Part shown: positions 36,491 to 49,688 of the stretch, piece after piece
Layout: the number at the start of each line of letters is the position of its first letter
Numbering within the stretch: position 1 is the first letter of the stretch
NCBI GenBank assembly: GCA_010909165.1
Contig: MU008171.1
Span: 62,001 to 126,000, forward strand
Origin: Anthoceros angustus
Taxonomy: Eukaryota; Plantae; Anthocerotophyta
DNA: 64,000 nucleotides
Reading direction: 5' to 3'
Notes under the pieces: model-generated
The model's input: only the letters and a program-made list of their open reading frames with translations
The model's database searches: none
What the model was told of the DNA's origin: nothing
Position numbers and translations under genes: made by a program

Positions 36491-37115
36491 AAATGGATCA
36501 TATATTGGGTTCCTCATTCATATTCTATATTCCTTATAGAGTTGGGTACAAGAGTGTCTTACCGAGGTCACTGTGTATGGTAATAATATATTCTTAGTCT
36601 TCAGCCAGCTAGAAATCTTTGGACGAGTTTTCATGTCATTTGTGTGCATTGGCGTGCGTTGCTTTGCGTTTAGTGGACGCGTGCCACGTATGCATGTACG
36701 TAGTCCGGTCTAGGTTTTCCGAGCGACTTGTTTGTGTTTGTGTTTATGTTTGTGTTTGCGTGTGTTTGCGCTCTGTGTTTGTGTGAGTGCGTGAATCGCA
36801 GTCTCAAAAGTCGGACTGGGTGTGGGGTGTTTGTGTGTGGTAGTGGGTGTGGCTCACGGCAGGTACGCCGTGCGAGACTGCCTGGGAGGCAAGCGACGGG
36901 AAAATAAAGTAGTCTAGGGTGCAGCGAGCGGAAGGGAAGGGGTGCGGGAATCCGGCCCCGGAGGTCGGAGATCGCAGCGGAAGGAAGCGGCAGCAGCGAA
37001 GACGAAGCACAAGAGGAAGAAGAAATCCTGTCCTGGCAGCCATCTCCCGGGCTCGCAAATGCGGCGCTGTTGCCGCTGCCGTTAAGCACAGCCAGTCCCG
37101 TCTCACCCCACAGCC

Positions 37116-40100
37116 ATGGCTGCCGTGCGCTTGAAGAGGCTGGCCGACCTCGGCCCAAGGCTGTCCCGCTCCGCCCCCTCTCTCGCCCTTGCCGCTCCTC
37201 TCCGGCAACGTAGTCTGCCTGCCTCGTCTCGCTCTTTCACCGGCAGCACCGACTCCCGGCCCTCTCCTCTAGCTGCTGCTCCTCCTCCCTCCCCGTCCTC
37301 CGCCCATCCAGCTGACCGGCTCCAGGAGGGCCGGGAATTCTTCCTCTCGGATTCCCGCTGCAGGACGTGTGACACAACCCTGAATGTGTCCTTCTCGTCC
37401 ATCCTCCCCGTCTCCGTCGTGCAAGATCCTCCTTTTCGAGGGAAAAGCGTGCACTTGCACCACACCATCTTCACTTGCCCTGGCTGTGGGGGAGGGTACA
37501 CCCTGTCTCCCTTCCACCGCGCTTCGCGCACGTCATCCTCGTCGTCCCCTGTAACCAATTGCGCAGACGGGGTTGCTCAGAATTCCGAGCTTCTTGCCCG
37601 GCCTGTGGCCAGGAACTCGTCACGGAAACATGCTGATCCTCCTCAGCACTGGCAGCAGGTTGGGTTGACGCTGCCACCGGCAGTGGCTCTGCAGGCGCCT
37701 CCCTCGCCACCTTTCCCTCCTAGCACCAATCTTGTTCGTGCGCAGCCAGGAACAGGGGGCTCTGGGGGAGGAGGTGGAGCCAGGGATAGCTGGGGTGGAT
37801 CTACCCTGGGTAAGGACCTCCCTACTCCCAAGGAGATATGTGCAGCCCTGGACAGGTTCGTGGTTGGTCAGGAGCGCGCCAAGAAGGTACACTCCTGGCC
37901 AAAGCCACCATCTTGTGCCTCGGACTACCTCCTCGACAATCTAACCTTCATTGGTGTTTGTTGGCGTGTCGGCTCGAGCAGATCTTAGCTGTTGCGGTGT
38001 ACAATCACTATAAGCGCATTTATTTTGAGTCTGTGAGGAAAGGGAGCTACAAGACCGTAGTGCCCGAAGGGTAAGTTGCCTCTTCCGCCACGACTGACCA
38101 TTCCATCCCTGACGTGCCTCCCGGCTCATCTAAACTGGAGAGTGTTGTGAAAAGTGCATGGTTCAGGCCCGGCGGACTGCCTACAGGCTTCCCAGAAAAT
38201 GAGTTTGAAGACAGTGATGTGGTGGAGCTCGAGAAAAGCAATGTCTTGCTCATGGGACCTACCGGATCTGGTAAGTGGGATTGGTAATGAATCAGGGATT
38301 ACTGTCAGCGAGCAGTTCGCTTTCCCAGAGATTCCAAGGATTTTGCTTTAGTCTATCTCTTGGATCCGAAGAGCCCCAAGCCTGAACAGCGAACTCTTAT
38401 CGTTACTTCAACACCCCTTGTCATGGTTACAGGCAGAGAAAGAGGAAAGCCTTCTTAGAGTCTCTCCAACCCCCGGTGGTTATGGTCCTCAAGTCTGTCA
38501 GTGTAGCCAAGAGATGCCTCTTGCGTCTTGGTCGACTGGCTTTCAGCCCTGTAAAAGACATGACACCTTCTTGCTGTGCAGGGAAGACACTCCTTGCTAA
38601 AACCTTGGCTAGGTTTGTCAATGTACCATTTGTCATTGCAGATGCCACGACTCTTACACAGGTTTGTGGACTGTCCGCCGAGCCATTTCGTTACTTTAGC
38701 CATTTCTTGTCCAATCAAAGCAGTATGTGACACGGTGTTCTTGGTGCAGGCAGGATATGTGGGTGAGGATGTGGAATCAATTCTTTATAAGCTGTTAATG
38801 GTAAGAACTTTTGTTTAATGATAGCAACTACAGGGACATGTCCTCTGTAGTTGTTGCCCAAGATGCCTCACATTCTGATACCTCTTATACTCAAGTTTGT
38901 TGATACTGAACGTGGCTGCATTTCACTCGTCCCAGGCTGCTGAATTCAATGTCCCTGCAGCTCAGCAGGGAATTGTATATATTGATGAAGTTGACAAAAT
39001 TACTAAAAAGGTATTCTGTCTTTAAGCTGTGCCCTGTAACTGGAAGGCATAAGTGCAGTCTGGTAGTTCCGAGTATTTACTGCTGTGTCAGCTGCGTTGT
39101 GCAGGCAGAAAGCTTGAACATAAGCCGGGATGTATCAGGCGAAGGTGTCCAGCAAGCGCTGCTAAAGATGCTAGAAGGCACGGTGAGTATTGCCTGCCTA
39201 CTAAGTGGTCTAGGCCTGGGGTGTACCAGTAGCAGCGGTTAGGGCACAGTTGAATGTGCTGAGGATATGATAACATTCCTCCTGCTTTCGTTGCAACTAG
39301 TCCTTGGCTGAAGTCGCTAGCTTTGCTTCCAAGGTGCCCCTGTGATGATAGCCAATACATGAGTCACTGCAGTACATCTGCGCACTGGGTAGTACTTCCT
39401 ACCCAGGCTGCATTGATGGTGATTAATGTGCCAAAATGCTAATCTGAGGAGCAGTTTGTCTTCAGTTTCTTGCTGTAATGTGCTGTAACCTTTGTCTGGT
39501 TTATTTGTGAAAATGATTGCAGGTAGTCAATGTTCCAGAAAAGGGTGCACGAAAGCACCCACGTGGTGATCATATTCAGGTACAGTATATGATACCTGGA
39601 ATTGGCTTTTTGGTACTCTTGGAGTAAGTTTGTGATTAGTTGGACTGCTTCTGATGCTGCGGAGTTGTGCCTTTGAGTCCCTAATCTGGCTATTTTGACT
39701 TCTGTAATGTAATTGTGTATTTATGGTATGCTTGATCCAGCAGTTGAAGTGTCTGTACCCTCAGAAAACCTTAGCTTAAGAAATGGTCTATGTAGGCGTC
39801 AACAAACGACTGGTTTGTGTCAGAAGTCCCAGTGGTCTTGATGTTTTCCTGCCTGCAGTTCGCTCGGGGCCCACTCATTTCAGATGCATTCATGGGATTT
39901 GAACTGGCAGGTTGATACGAAGGATATCTTATTTATCTGTGGGGGTGCATTTGTGGAGCTTGAGAAAACCATTGCGGAGAGGTGAGGGCTTCCCCTGTTT
40001 TTTTGAAGGTGGATGCTTGTATTTCTTCTTCTCTAACAAGATATTGTGTTTCAGGAGACAAGATTCTTCAATTGGCTTCGGGGCACCAGTGCGGGCTAAC

Positions 40101-41469
40101 ATGAGGGGTAACAGGTTGATTGATGCAGCTATAACTTCGTCCCTTCTGGAGACGGTAATTTCTTATTCAGCTAATTCCCTGTACCTTCTGAACAAATGAT
40201 TATGGCTTCTCAGTGGGACCATGTGTTTGAGCCATCTCTCCAGATTGGACGTGTTGTGTTTAAGGACATTTGGCCCTCACCTCCTGTCGTGGATGTGCAG
40301 GCAGAAAGCAGCGATCTGATTGCATATGGACTCATTCCTGAGTTCATAGGGCGGTTTCCTGTGCTTGTAAGCTTAGCGGCTCTCAATGAGGATCAGCTTG
40401 TGCAGGTGACGCAGAAGCTAGAGGATAAAGGGGCTGGTGTTGAAAAAGTTTTTTATTGCAGATTAGAGGAATTGAACTTTCTGTGTGCTGAAATTGTGTC
40501 TGGCGTTTGCATTTGCATATTTAGTTTTGTTTTGCCTTATCTGGGCCTATCAACATCTCAGGATTGTCTATTGCAGCCTTTGCAGTGTAGCCTGCATTAC
40601 AGATTCACAGAATTTGTAGAAGTTGATTAGTTGTTAAACGACTGGAGTTTTTCTGAACAAAACCGTATGGTCTACCTTTCAGTAAAAGGTGGCTTTGTTT
40701 TGACAGGTTCTTACCGAGCCAAAAAATGCACTGGGCAAGCAGTACAAGAAAATGTTTGCAATGAACAATGTAAGGGGGATCTGTGTTATTTGGACGTGTT
40801 AAGTTCAACTTGTTCTTTTCGTTCAAACTTCAATCCTAGACTGGCTGCAATAATATGTAATGGTTGATAGGTTAAACTTCACTATACAGAGGGTGCTCTG
40901 AGAAAGATTGCGCAAAAGGCTATGGTAAAAAACACTGGGGCCCGTGGCTTGCGGTCCATCATGGAGAATCTCCTAACTGAAGCTATGTATGAGGTGTGTA
41001 CTCTCTCAAATCCAGTTAGCCATCTTACTGCTACCCTCTCGTTCGGTTGGTGATTGGCCCTGCTTCTTTCTCTGTAGATTCCAGACACAGTGGGTGCCTT
41101 AGAAAGAATTGATGCAGTCGTGGTCGATGAGGAGTCTGTGGGAGCTCCGGACAGTCAAGGTGTCGGAGCAAAAATTCTACGTGGTGAGGGAGCCTTCGAG
41201 CGGTTTCTCTCCAGTTCACGGCAGAAGGATGTACAGGTAAGCACATGCTAGGTGAATTTTGAGGAGTGGCAGATACTTGTGTTCCAGCACCATTATCAAG
41301 CAGACGGTGGAGAAACTGGGTTATTCCCTGACAACTATTGTTGGTAGCTAGGGCCAAGTGTGAACTTTGGTGGTCTCAACGTGTTTGTGATGTTCAGGTT
41401 GGAGTTCAAAGGGTGGAGGATGTAGAGACAGAAACGGAGACAGATTTGCATGCAGCAGCGAGCATGTAG
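37116..41469 (+). CDS. CLPX: Mitochondrial ATP-dependent Clp protease subunit ClpX, multi-exon
   Basis: Transit peptide; N-terminal CRTC...CPGC. Motifs [100 protein letters not shown] and TGARGLRSI. Last exon 41398-41469. Confidence 0.96.
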
Positions 41470-42208
41470 CAGTCTCTGTGTACAGCCTAGATCAGAAATC
41501 GGTATCCAAATGTACTGTGGAATATGGCCTTCCAGGCCTCACAAGTCGGGACTGTGTCAGCCGCGTTAGCTAGCTTTGTGGAGCTGGCGCATTTGTACAG
41601 ATAGATTACTTCAATTGTTGTGCTGAAAATGGCATTCGATGACACCTGTCTCCAGGTGTCTTGCGGGAACCAGTAGTTATTTGGCTTTGGTGGCTCGTGG
41701 GAGATGGTTTGGAAGCTCAACATTTGTGCTGTTTGTGTATCACAGGTGGCCCAAGCCGGTCGTGTGTAGGACCTGGTGCGCCGGGTCAGAACATTATTAT
41801 TATGCATCTTCGAATGTTCTGATCTTTATGAATTGTATCATATTCTTTCAAGAAAAACTTTTCAATCCACCATTCTGTTTGGAATGGTAGACTGATTTTG
41901 CTGAGTGAGTTACGAGTCTTTATTTTTCAAATGCAAATTTTGCCCAAATTGGACTCACTATCTAACATGGTACGTATAAGGAAAACTAACAATAACAAAA
42001 TTCTTCGTTCTTACTTTCTAAGATATACGTGTGGGGAAAGCCAAGAAACTTATGACGTGTGAACAGTGAAAACCAAAAAACTTGTGATGTTTGAAACTAG
42101 CTTATAGTTTTGTAATATGACTTCTTCATCTATATATCTACAGTGCTCAAGTTTAAAACACTTAATCAACTAAAAACTTAGACGATCGCGGTAGCAGAAA
42201 ACCCTACC

Positions 42209-42715
42209 ATGGTCGCGGGACAGGCGACTGTCGTGGAGTCTACTACTGGGGTAGCGGAAATCCCCACCGACGTTGGAGAACCCACCTCTAAGGCAACCAT
42301 GAGCGGCGCAACAGGAGACGACGTGGCATCCTTCGAGGGCATGGTTCAGGCGGTCAGGGGTAGTCCACGGGAGGAGGGGGTAAGCACCTCATCTGCAGTA
42401 GGAGGCCATATTATGTTGCGACACATGGATGAGGAATCTTATGTTCCTGGTCTCTATGTGAATGGGGAACGCGTGCTTAACCTTACTGTCCATGTGCGTG
42501 TGGGAATAGGAGGGACCAAGGCTTACCTTCTACAAGTGAGGACTCGAAGCGGATGGTCCTTCCACTGTGCCCGGGTATGGGATTTGACTCCCTGTTATAC
42601 GAAGGCAGTCTTGAAGGAGCTTACGGAGGAGGAAGCCCGAGCGTGGGTGGAAGAAGAGCCAGTAATGATCCTCAGCAATAGGCAACAAGCAAGAGTGGAT
42701 GGAGCTCAGGAGTAG
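42209..42715 (+). CDS. 168-aa element-associated ORF of unknown function
   Basis: Strong ACCATGG start context, open frame and a globular-looking C-terminal half. No family recognised. Confidence 0.35.
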   Translation: MVAGQATVVESTTGVAEIPTDVGEPTSKATMSGATGDDVASFEGMVQAVRGSPREEGVSTSSAVGGHIMLRHMDEESYVPGLYVNGERVLNLTVHVRVGIGGTKAYLLQVRTRSGWSFHCARVWDLTPCYTKAVLKELTEEEARAWVEEEPVMILSNRQQARVDGAQE

Positions 42716-44082
42716 GACACACCCCAGATTAGGTGCGAGGAGTCGACCAGCAATGAAAGCGAGGTGGAGGTTCTATAAGAGGATTCGTCAGACCAGCGAC
42801 GAGGAAGGAGGGCCCATGGAGTCGGCAGCAGAGGACGAAGGGCCAGGCGACCAAATCGGAGGAGGGCGCGGAGATAACGTAGGCAGGGAGTAGTGGCATC
42901 CTAGGAATAGAGCTTTGGATGGGATTAGGTAGGATGCCATCCTGGACCTAAGGCCGTCCGAAAGTATAAGGGCGCCTCTTCGCGTTCCGCCGTTTTTAGG
43001 ACCTGGAAAGTCTGGTAGGCTATGACGCCCCCCCAGCCATTATATAAACTTGGTTGTTCCCCTCACATCAGATAATTCCTGGTTGGGATCCCCACGATGC
43101 CTATGGCTGGTTGGAGACGTCCGATCGACGGAGGTGGTGTGCGCGAGACGCTCCTAGGTATGGTCGAGAGCTTGCTCCGCAGCCGGGGGGAAGGGGGGTG
43201 ATAGAGCGCTCCTCGCTGACAACGGAGGATAAAATCAAGGGATTGGCGCAGGGCGGGTCTGGAGCTTGCTCGTAACGCCTGCCGTGACGCCCGAGAATTC
43301 TTCTTTCCCTTACCCTTTTTCCTGTTGGTTGTGTTCCGAAATTAAGCGAGTGTGTGTGTGTGTGGGTGGAAGCCTGTGGGGCGAATCGAGAGAGAGAAAG
43401 AAGATTGGGTGAAGGAGTGACCGAACACTGTACGCGATGCGAGGTGTGAGACCGCAGAGGGAAGTTGAGAAGGAGAACGAATTGGGGGACTAACAGTGGA
43501 GAATTTTGTGGATCGAAGAGAATCTAAACCGGTGCTGTCGGTGGAAGTGTGCACAAGAGAAAACAAAGTTCCATTGTGGAAATTGTGTGAGTGTGGTGCC
43601 TTTTGTGTGTGTGGAAGCGGTAGTGAGGGATCTGAAGGACTTTGGTCCCTAGAAATCGGTGTGTGCATGAAGTGTGGAGTGCAAAATAAAGTCTGATCTG
43701 TGCGCAGTGGTAGCCGTCCGTGGCAGGGATCCACGACGCCGCGCGCTAGAAATAAGTTGCTAGGGTTTGGCGTGGGACCCACCTCGGAAGTCGTAGCAAC
43801 TACCTGGTAGTGGTGAGAGCCACCGTGGTAGTAGCTCGGGAACGGGGGTTGTGAAATAAGATCTGTGGTAGTTGGACAAGTCGGGAGGTAGTAGTAGTTG
43901 AGTAGATAGGTAAGAGGAGTGATAGCAGATAGGTCCTGACTTAGGCGAAGGTCAGTAGCGATAGAAGTTAGTGTCTCTTGGCACAAACCATTCCCTTGGG
44001 AGCGAATCCTAGGCCTACAACGACCTTGAGGGTGAATGTGGACCTCATGGTGTCTCTAGACACAAGTTTCCACTCTACATTT

Positions 44083-44100
44083 TGGCGCGGTTGCCGGGGA
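44083..44100 (+). other. Primer-binding site complementary to the 3' end of tRNA-Asp
   Basis: TGGCGCGGTTGCCGGGGA, one mismatch from the Athila-type TGGCGCCGTTGCCGGGGA, separated from the LTR terminal CA by three T residues. Confidence 0.9.
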
Positions 44101-44180
44101 ATGAAACTGCTGTCAAGGACGTAGGTAGAACTAACAATAGCCTAAGTAGAGGATCTAGGCATTAATAGGTTGATAGATGG

Positions 44181-46807
44181 ATGCCTCGGGTGAAGACAAG
44201 CGACTCTGGGTCTGACTGTGGGGAAACGCCCTTGGCAAAGCGACAACGCCAAGCAGCGGAAAGGTTGCAGAGGGTCACAAGGAGGGCGCAGTGGGAGGCC
44301 ACACCTGCTGGACGAGGAAGAGGAACGAGGAGTCAGCCTGGAATCGGGGGTCGGATTCTATTCGAGTCAGATTCCCAACTCTCGGCTTCGGAGGAGGTAC
44401 CCGGGCCCAGGTCCCCCAACCCGACCCCGCTTTTTGACCTCCGTTCCAGATTGCCCCGGCCAGCTTCAGTCCAGTCAAACTTTGTGGGTGTGGAAGTCAG
44501 TCCAGACTAAGTAGTTGTATCCACTACCGCAGTCGCTGAAAGTACTACCACGGTAGCTATGACTACTACCCCGATAGTTGTTACCACTAAGCAACCTTAC
44601 CCACTGTATGGAGAAAAGAAGGGTCACGAGGATCCTGACGAGTTTGCCGAGCATTTTGAGCAGCTGACGCTTGCCAACCAGGAGGTAGGGGATGCGCAAC
44701 GCGCCCAGCTGTTCTATGGAGTCTTGCGCGGAGCGGCGGCCAAGTGGTACAAACGAGAGTATCTTGCCTCTTCCACACCCCCAATCACCTCTGAGGCTTT
44801 GAAGAGAGCTTTTTGCGAAAGGTTTAGAGGAGTTGATGTGGAGGGATATGTCTTGTCCAAGCTTGAGAGATTGCGGAGAGGACAAAAGGAGAAACTGCAC
44901 GCTTACGTGGAAAGGTTTCACAGCCAGCGTGATCGTGCTGGCCCTCACTCAGAGTTAATGGCAATACGTTGGTTTGCGAGAGGCTTGGGCACTGAGATGT
45001 GGTAGCACGTACGTCTCCAAGCTGAGAAAGACTTGGACCGGGCAATCAAGGCTGCCTTGAACTACGAAGAGTCCAACGCAGAGGAGAAAAAGAAATCAAA
45101 GAACGACGGGAGGGGGGCACAGAAAGAAAAAAAGAAATCCAAGAAGAAAAAGAAGAAGTACTCCTCGTCCTCTGATGACAATTCCACGGAGGAAGATAGC
45201 TCCTGTCGCACGAGGTAAGCACTTGAATTCGTATAAGCACTTCCTCGACCAACAACCAAGCAAACAAATCTAATACGCAGATATATAGGTGCAACCAATA
45301 ACAACAGGAGGGAGTAGCTCGCACGCCACAAACACACTCTCCCACGAACAACACGCAATTCCTCACACATCGCCTCCTGAGTCATAGCTTTGGCCTCCTC
45401 ACAACACCCTTGACAGATATCTAGAGGACAAGCTATGATCCGAGCTTGTCTCAATGGAAGGGTCTATATATACTAGACCACAGCATCGGCATATTCCTAA
45501 GATATCCTATTGGCATCGATATGTAAATATCCTAAGAATGCGCTATAATATGCAAGGAATATGCCCAAGCATATTACTTGAGCTTATCCACTTAGCTATT
45601 GTATCCTAAGAATACACTATAATATGCAAGAAATATGCCAAAGCATATTACTTGAGCTTATCCACTTCGCTATTGCTAACCATGTTTAATTAACACTAAT
45701 CAATGCTTAATTGACATAAGCACCTTAGATTAATTAACACTAACCAATGCTTAATTAACATAAGCACTTTAGATTATTAACACTAATTACTTACTTAAAG
45801 ATAAGTAATTAGATTAATTAATGCTAATCAAACACTAAACCCAAGTGCAGAGATTAGTATCACACGGCATGACACTCCTCAACAGCTCGGACTCCTCGGA
45901 TAGCTTCACGGAAGAAGAGATCAGTGATAGCTCAGAGGAAGATTCGTCAGGTGATGAGCGCAGCCGAAGGGAGAAAAAGAAGGAATCGAAAAACGAGTCG
46001 AAACGAAGACGCCGCGCCCGAGGAAAGGAACTAGTGTACGCAAAAAAGGACGTGGAGCATGTGAGGAGGGAGGTGGAAACGACAGCCAAAAAAATGGAGC
46101 AACAAGGAAACGAGATGGAAGAAATGATGGCCAAACTTGAGAAACTACATCTCAATGCCGTAAAAGACCACGAGAGGAGAAGGGCTACTACGAGTGCGCG
46201 GGCGAATCTCTTCTGCTCAACTTGTGGACAGCAGGGGCACTTGAAATCAAACTGCCCGCAAACGAAGGTGCAACTGCTGGGCTACAAGGAAGGGGAGGAG
46301 GAGATGTACTTGGAAGATACATACCAATCTGGGAGGCGACACCACTGCAACCCAAAGACTCCATATCCTCGACCCTACAACCGCAGATGGGTGTTCGAAC
46401 TGGATGGCAAGGAACCCCGGCAAATGAGCTCGGCCACTGTGGTTCGCATCTCAAGGAGCCCGCCCTCAAGAACTCGCCAGGGAAATGGTGATTTTGAGAG
46501 ATTGTGTGTGGATTGCAAGCAACCGGGGCACGTGGCTGGCAGTGTCCTCTGTCAGTTGCCAAAAAGCGATGTGAGGATTGCTCAACCCCCAGTTACGGGA
46601 ACCTAACCACCCATGGGGCAAGATCCGTTACCAGCGATGCACGTCAAAGACGCGCTCATGGCGGTATGGGAGGATGCCGAGGCCAACATGCTAAGAAGTT
46701 TGGAGGGATTGGAGGACATGGACAGCGGGTACTATGAGGAGACCCCTGCCATGGCTATTCGAACGAGGAGCAATTGCGGGATACCATCAGAAAGGCAGCG
46801 CCCTTAG
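44181..46807 (+). pseudogene. Retrotransposon gag pseudogene
   Basis: ORFs 44181-44510, 44559-45005 and 45033-45203 share one frame, broken by single TAA/TAG stops. Capsid-like LRGAAAKWY...LKRAFCERF...YVERF; knuckle CSTCGQQGHLKSNC and a second CVDCKQPGH. Interrupted by a nested LTR. Confidence 0.85.
45204..45874 (-). mobile_element. Nested solo LTR (671 bp) inserted in gag
   Basis: TGTC...GACA termini with 4-bp direct repeat CTCC (45200-45203 and 45875-45878). TATA-like motif on the minus strand near 45465; AT-rich internal repeats. Confidence 0.8.
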
Positions 46808-46929
46808 AAGGGGAGGGCGAGGGAAGAAGAAAGCGGGTTTCAAACAACCCAAGGATGTGATCCTACTGAGCACGCAACCAATCCCATGATGACAGAGGCA
46901 CCCCTAGAAGGACGACACCAGATGCTGAA

Positions 46930-48200
46930 ACCTGTGCCACATAGCTGGTGGAGGTCGCAAGACGTACTTGGGCAGCCCAAGTAGTATGGTCAAAGTCCTT
47001 ATGCATGTGACCAATGTAGGTTTTCACCCCCTTAATGCCATAGTAGAGCAGAGCACAAACTGGACAGGGAGTGTCCTTCACGGTCACAGAAGGTGTGGAC
47101 TGCCCAATTGCAGAGAGAAGTTTTCGCCGAGAGAAGAATCCACAAAGAGAGAACAAACTGTAGACACTAGCCTGGGGTTGATAGGGCCAAGGAGGCACTG
47201 GGGACCGGGGACAAAAAGTCCCGGACCCTTACCGGACATACAAAGTTTTAGCTTCGTACAGCAAACCCAAGAGACTGGCGAAAAGGCCTTGCCTAAAGGA
47301 GATGCAGCCCACCACAATATTGGCAACCTACCACAGCAATATATACTTGCACCAGCCAACTTCTTGTCCGCTGATTGAACATATGCAGATACAAATATCC
47401 AGCGCTTCACCTAGGAATTTTAAATAACATTCTGCTGCCTACGCGCGCACCGAGCCAAGCCGTCGTACCATCACTGATGCTCTCTATGTCAAATGCTCAC
47501 CATGATGAAGAATGCTTGCTTGAATGCCACAAGAACGAACACAATGATGGTCAGAAACGCAGGATGCTCACACATGGTGAGGAATGTGATATTGAAGAAT
47601 GTGTGAGCTTCCAAGTAGCACTCAACACGTAAGCTCAGCTGGCAATGCTTATCCCGACATCCCCTCACATCACTGAGCTCTTGGTACTCCCAGCAACACA
47701 ACCCTGCTCTGCCATGTTGGCAAGCAGATTCCTGCCTGCAATTCCTTCCACGTCAAGTCCTCTACTCATAGCTCCTAAAACCAGCTTGCAGCTTTTGTCC
47801 CAAACTCGTGACTCTCCGAGATTACGAATTGGGAAATTCAAACCCTGCTAGGTATAGGTATACGATGTTCACCACTCACTGTGCAACTCTTCTTCATAGA
47901 AGTGATAGTAGGTGCCACATAATAAATGATCATTATATGTTGCCTCATATACAAAGGACAAGCTCACTTGATGTCCTCCCCGCATGCGTGTTAAGAGAAA
48001 TTACTTGCCAACACAACTTGAGACCCTCCAAAATTAAGGTAAGAATATAAGATATGTAGCATAGAAGTTGTATGTCCATTTGCTATGTTTTTCTGCCACA
48101 AATAGTACCGCCGTTCAACAGATTCCTATGTATAGATATACGATCTTTCACAAATCACCGCCATGTATCATTGTAACCATACGACCCATGATATGTTCGG
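46930..48200 (-). mobile_element. Highly degenerate L1-like LINE ORF2 fragment
   Basis: Remnant motifs in the expected order on the minus strand: DIK*ACPL (GxRQGCPL-like), IAGRNLLAN, GDVGI...LSATW and DTPCPVC...HM (C-terminal zinc finger). Confidence 0.5.
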
Positions 48201-48619
48201 ACAGGCTCTTGAAAACAGCGCTGATGAGTTTACGCACACCTTCACCCACCTTCACAGCTTATGATGAAACGACTATGTATTCTCTTAATAATCTTTAATC
48301 TTGACAATCTTTACCGATAAGCTCTTCATGAAATGTTATAAGGCTCTTTGTGACTAATTGATATATGATCTCGTAATAATATTTACTTTTTAGAAATCGT
48401 TTTTTGATAAGCCCTTCGGGGCGTTCTTAGTAATCTTTACTCCTAACATTGTTTTTTGATACGCCTTTTGGGTGCTGTTGTACAACCTTTTGGGGCTAGT
48501 TGATGTATAATCTCTATTGTTTCACCTGCAAAAAAGGGCCATCTGATATAATAGCCCCGGAGGCCGTTTGATATGATCCTCGCAATGGGCTTCTGCTATA
48601 AGGAGGGCCCAATGAGCCT

Positions 48620-49361
48620 CCTAGTCAGTTATCTCTTTAATATTATGAGGCCTGTTGGTTATCTCTCTAATGTTGTGTCGGTTATCTCTCTAATATTATG
48701 TCAGTTATCTTTCTATCGCTGTGAGGTTATAAGGAGATGTGCCCGAGCCTCAAAGTTGATTATCTCTCTAGTGCTGTCGGTGATCTGTCTATTGTTTTAA
48801 GGCCCTACGGTTATCTCTCTACTGTTGCGTCGATTAGAGAGTAATCTCTCTACTGTTTTAAGGGCGTACAGTTATCTCCCTACGATTACTCTGTCTATTG
48901 TTTTAAGGCTCTTCAGTTATCTATATCTCTCTACGATTATTCTCTGTACTGTTGTGAGGTTCTTCAGTTATCTCTATACTGTTGCGTCGATTATCTCTCT
49001 ATTGTTGATCCCTTCAGTTATCTCTCTAATGTTGCATCGGTTATCTCTCTGTTGTGAGGTCCTGTTGCATTGGTTATCTCTCTATTGTGAGGTCCTGCAG
49101 GTCCTTTCAATTAAGTGAAATATAAATATGAGGTTCTGCAGGTCCTTTAAATTAAGTGGAATATAATATGAGGTCTTGCAGAGTCCTTTAAATTAAGTGG
49201 AATATAGGGTCCTTCCAATTAAGTAAAATATAAATATGAGGTCCTGTAGGTCCTTTAAATTAAGTAGAATATAAATATGAGGTCTTGCAGAGTCCTTTAA
49301 ATTAAGTGAAATACAAATATGAGGTCCTGTAGAGTCCTTTCAATCAAGTAGAATGCAAATA
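48620..49361. repeat. Low-complexity arrays: degenerate GTTATCTCTCTA repeats (48620-49088) and ~6-7 copies of a ~41-bp unit (49089-49361)
   Basis: Unit GAGGTCCTGCAGGTCCTTTAAATTAAGTGAAATATAAATAT starts at 49089, 49130 and onward. Confidence 0.85.
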
Positions 49362-49688
49362 CTGCATCTATTCATCATAAAGAATACAATCTTTACTAAT
49401 TAAATTAAATTAATTTTTTTAAATTTATAATGTACTATTTATTTAATCAATGTTTAAGTCATTTATTTATATTACAATTATAAAAATAATTATAGTTTAA
49501 ATATTATAAATCTTTTTGGCGTTCTGAATGTCTTTTTCCTGCCGCTAACCCAATGGTGTACCCAATAGTATACCAGGCACGGGTAGGTAACCCGATGGTC
49601 ACCCAGGCACGGGTAGCTGCGCCCATGACACGATGTATCTTGGAATGCATTGAATCTATGTATGTAGCTAGTGTCTAGCATGAACCAC

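Larger units (their letters stand above)
42185..46920 (+). mobile_element. Truncated Athila-type Ty3/gypsy element: LTR region, PBS and disrupted gag; no pol
   Basis: The LTR ends ...CTCTACA at 44079, followed by a tRNA-Asp PBS and then gag with CCHC knuckles. The 5' boundary is not resolved. Confidence 0.85.
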
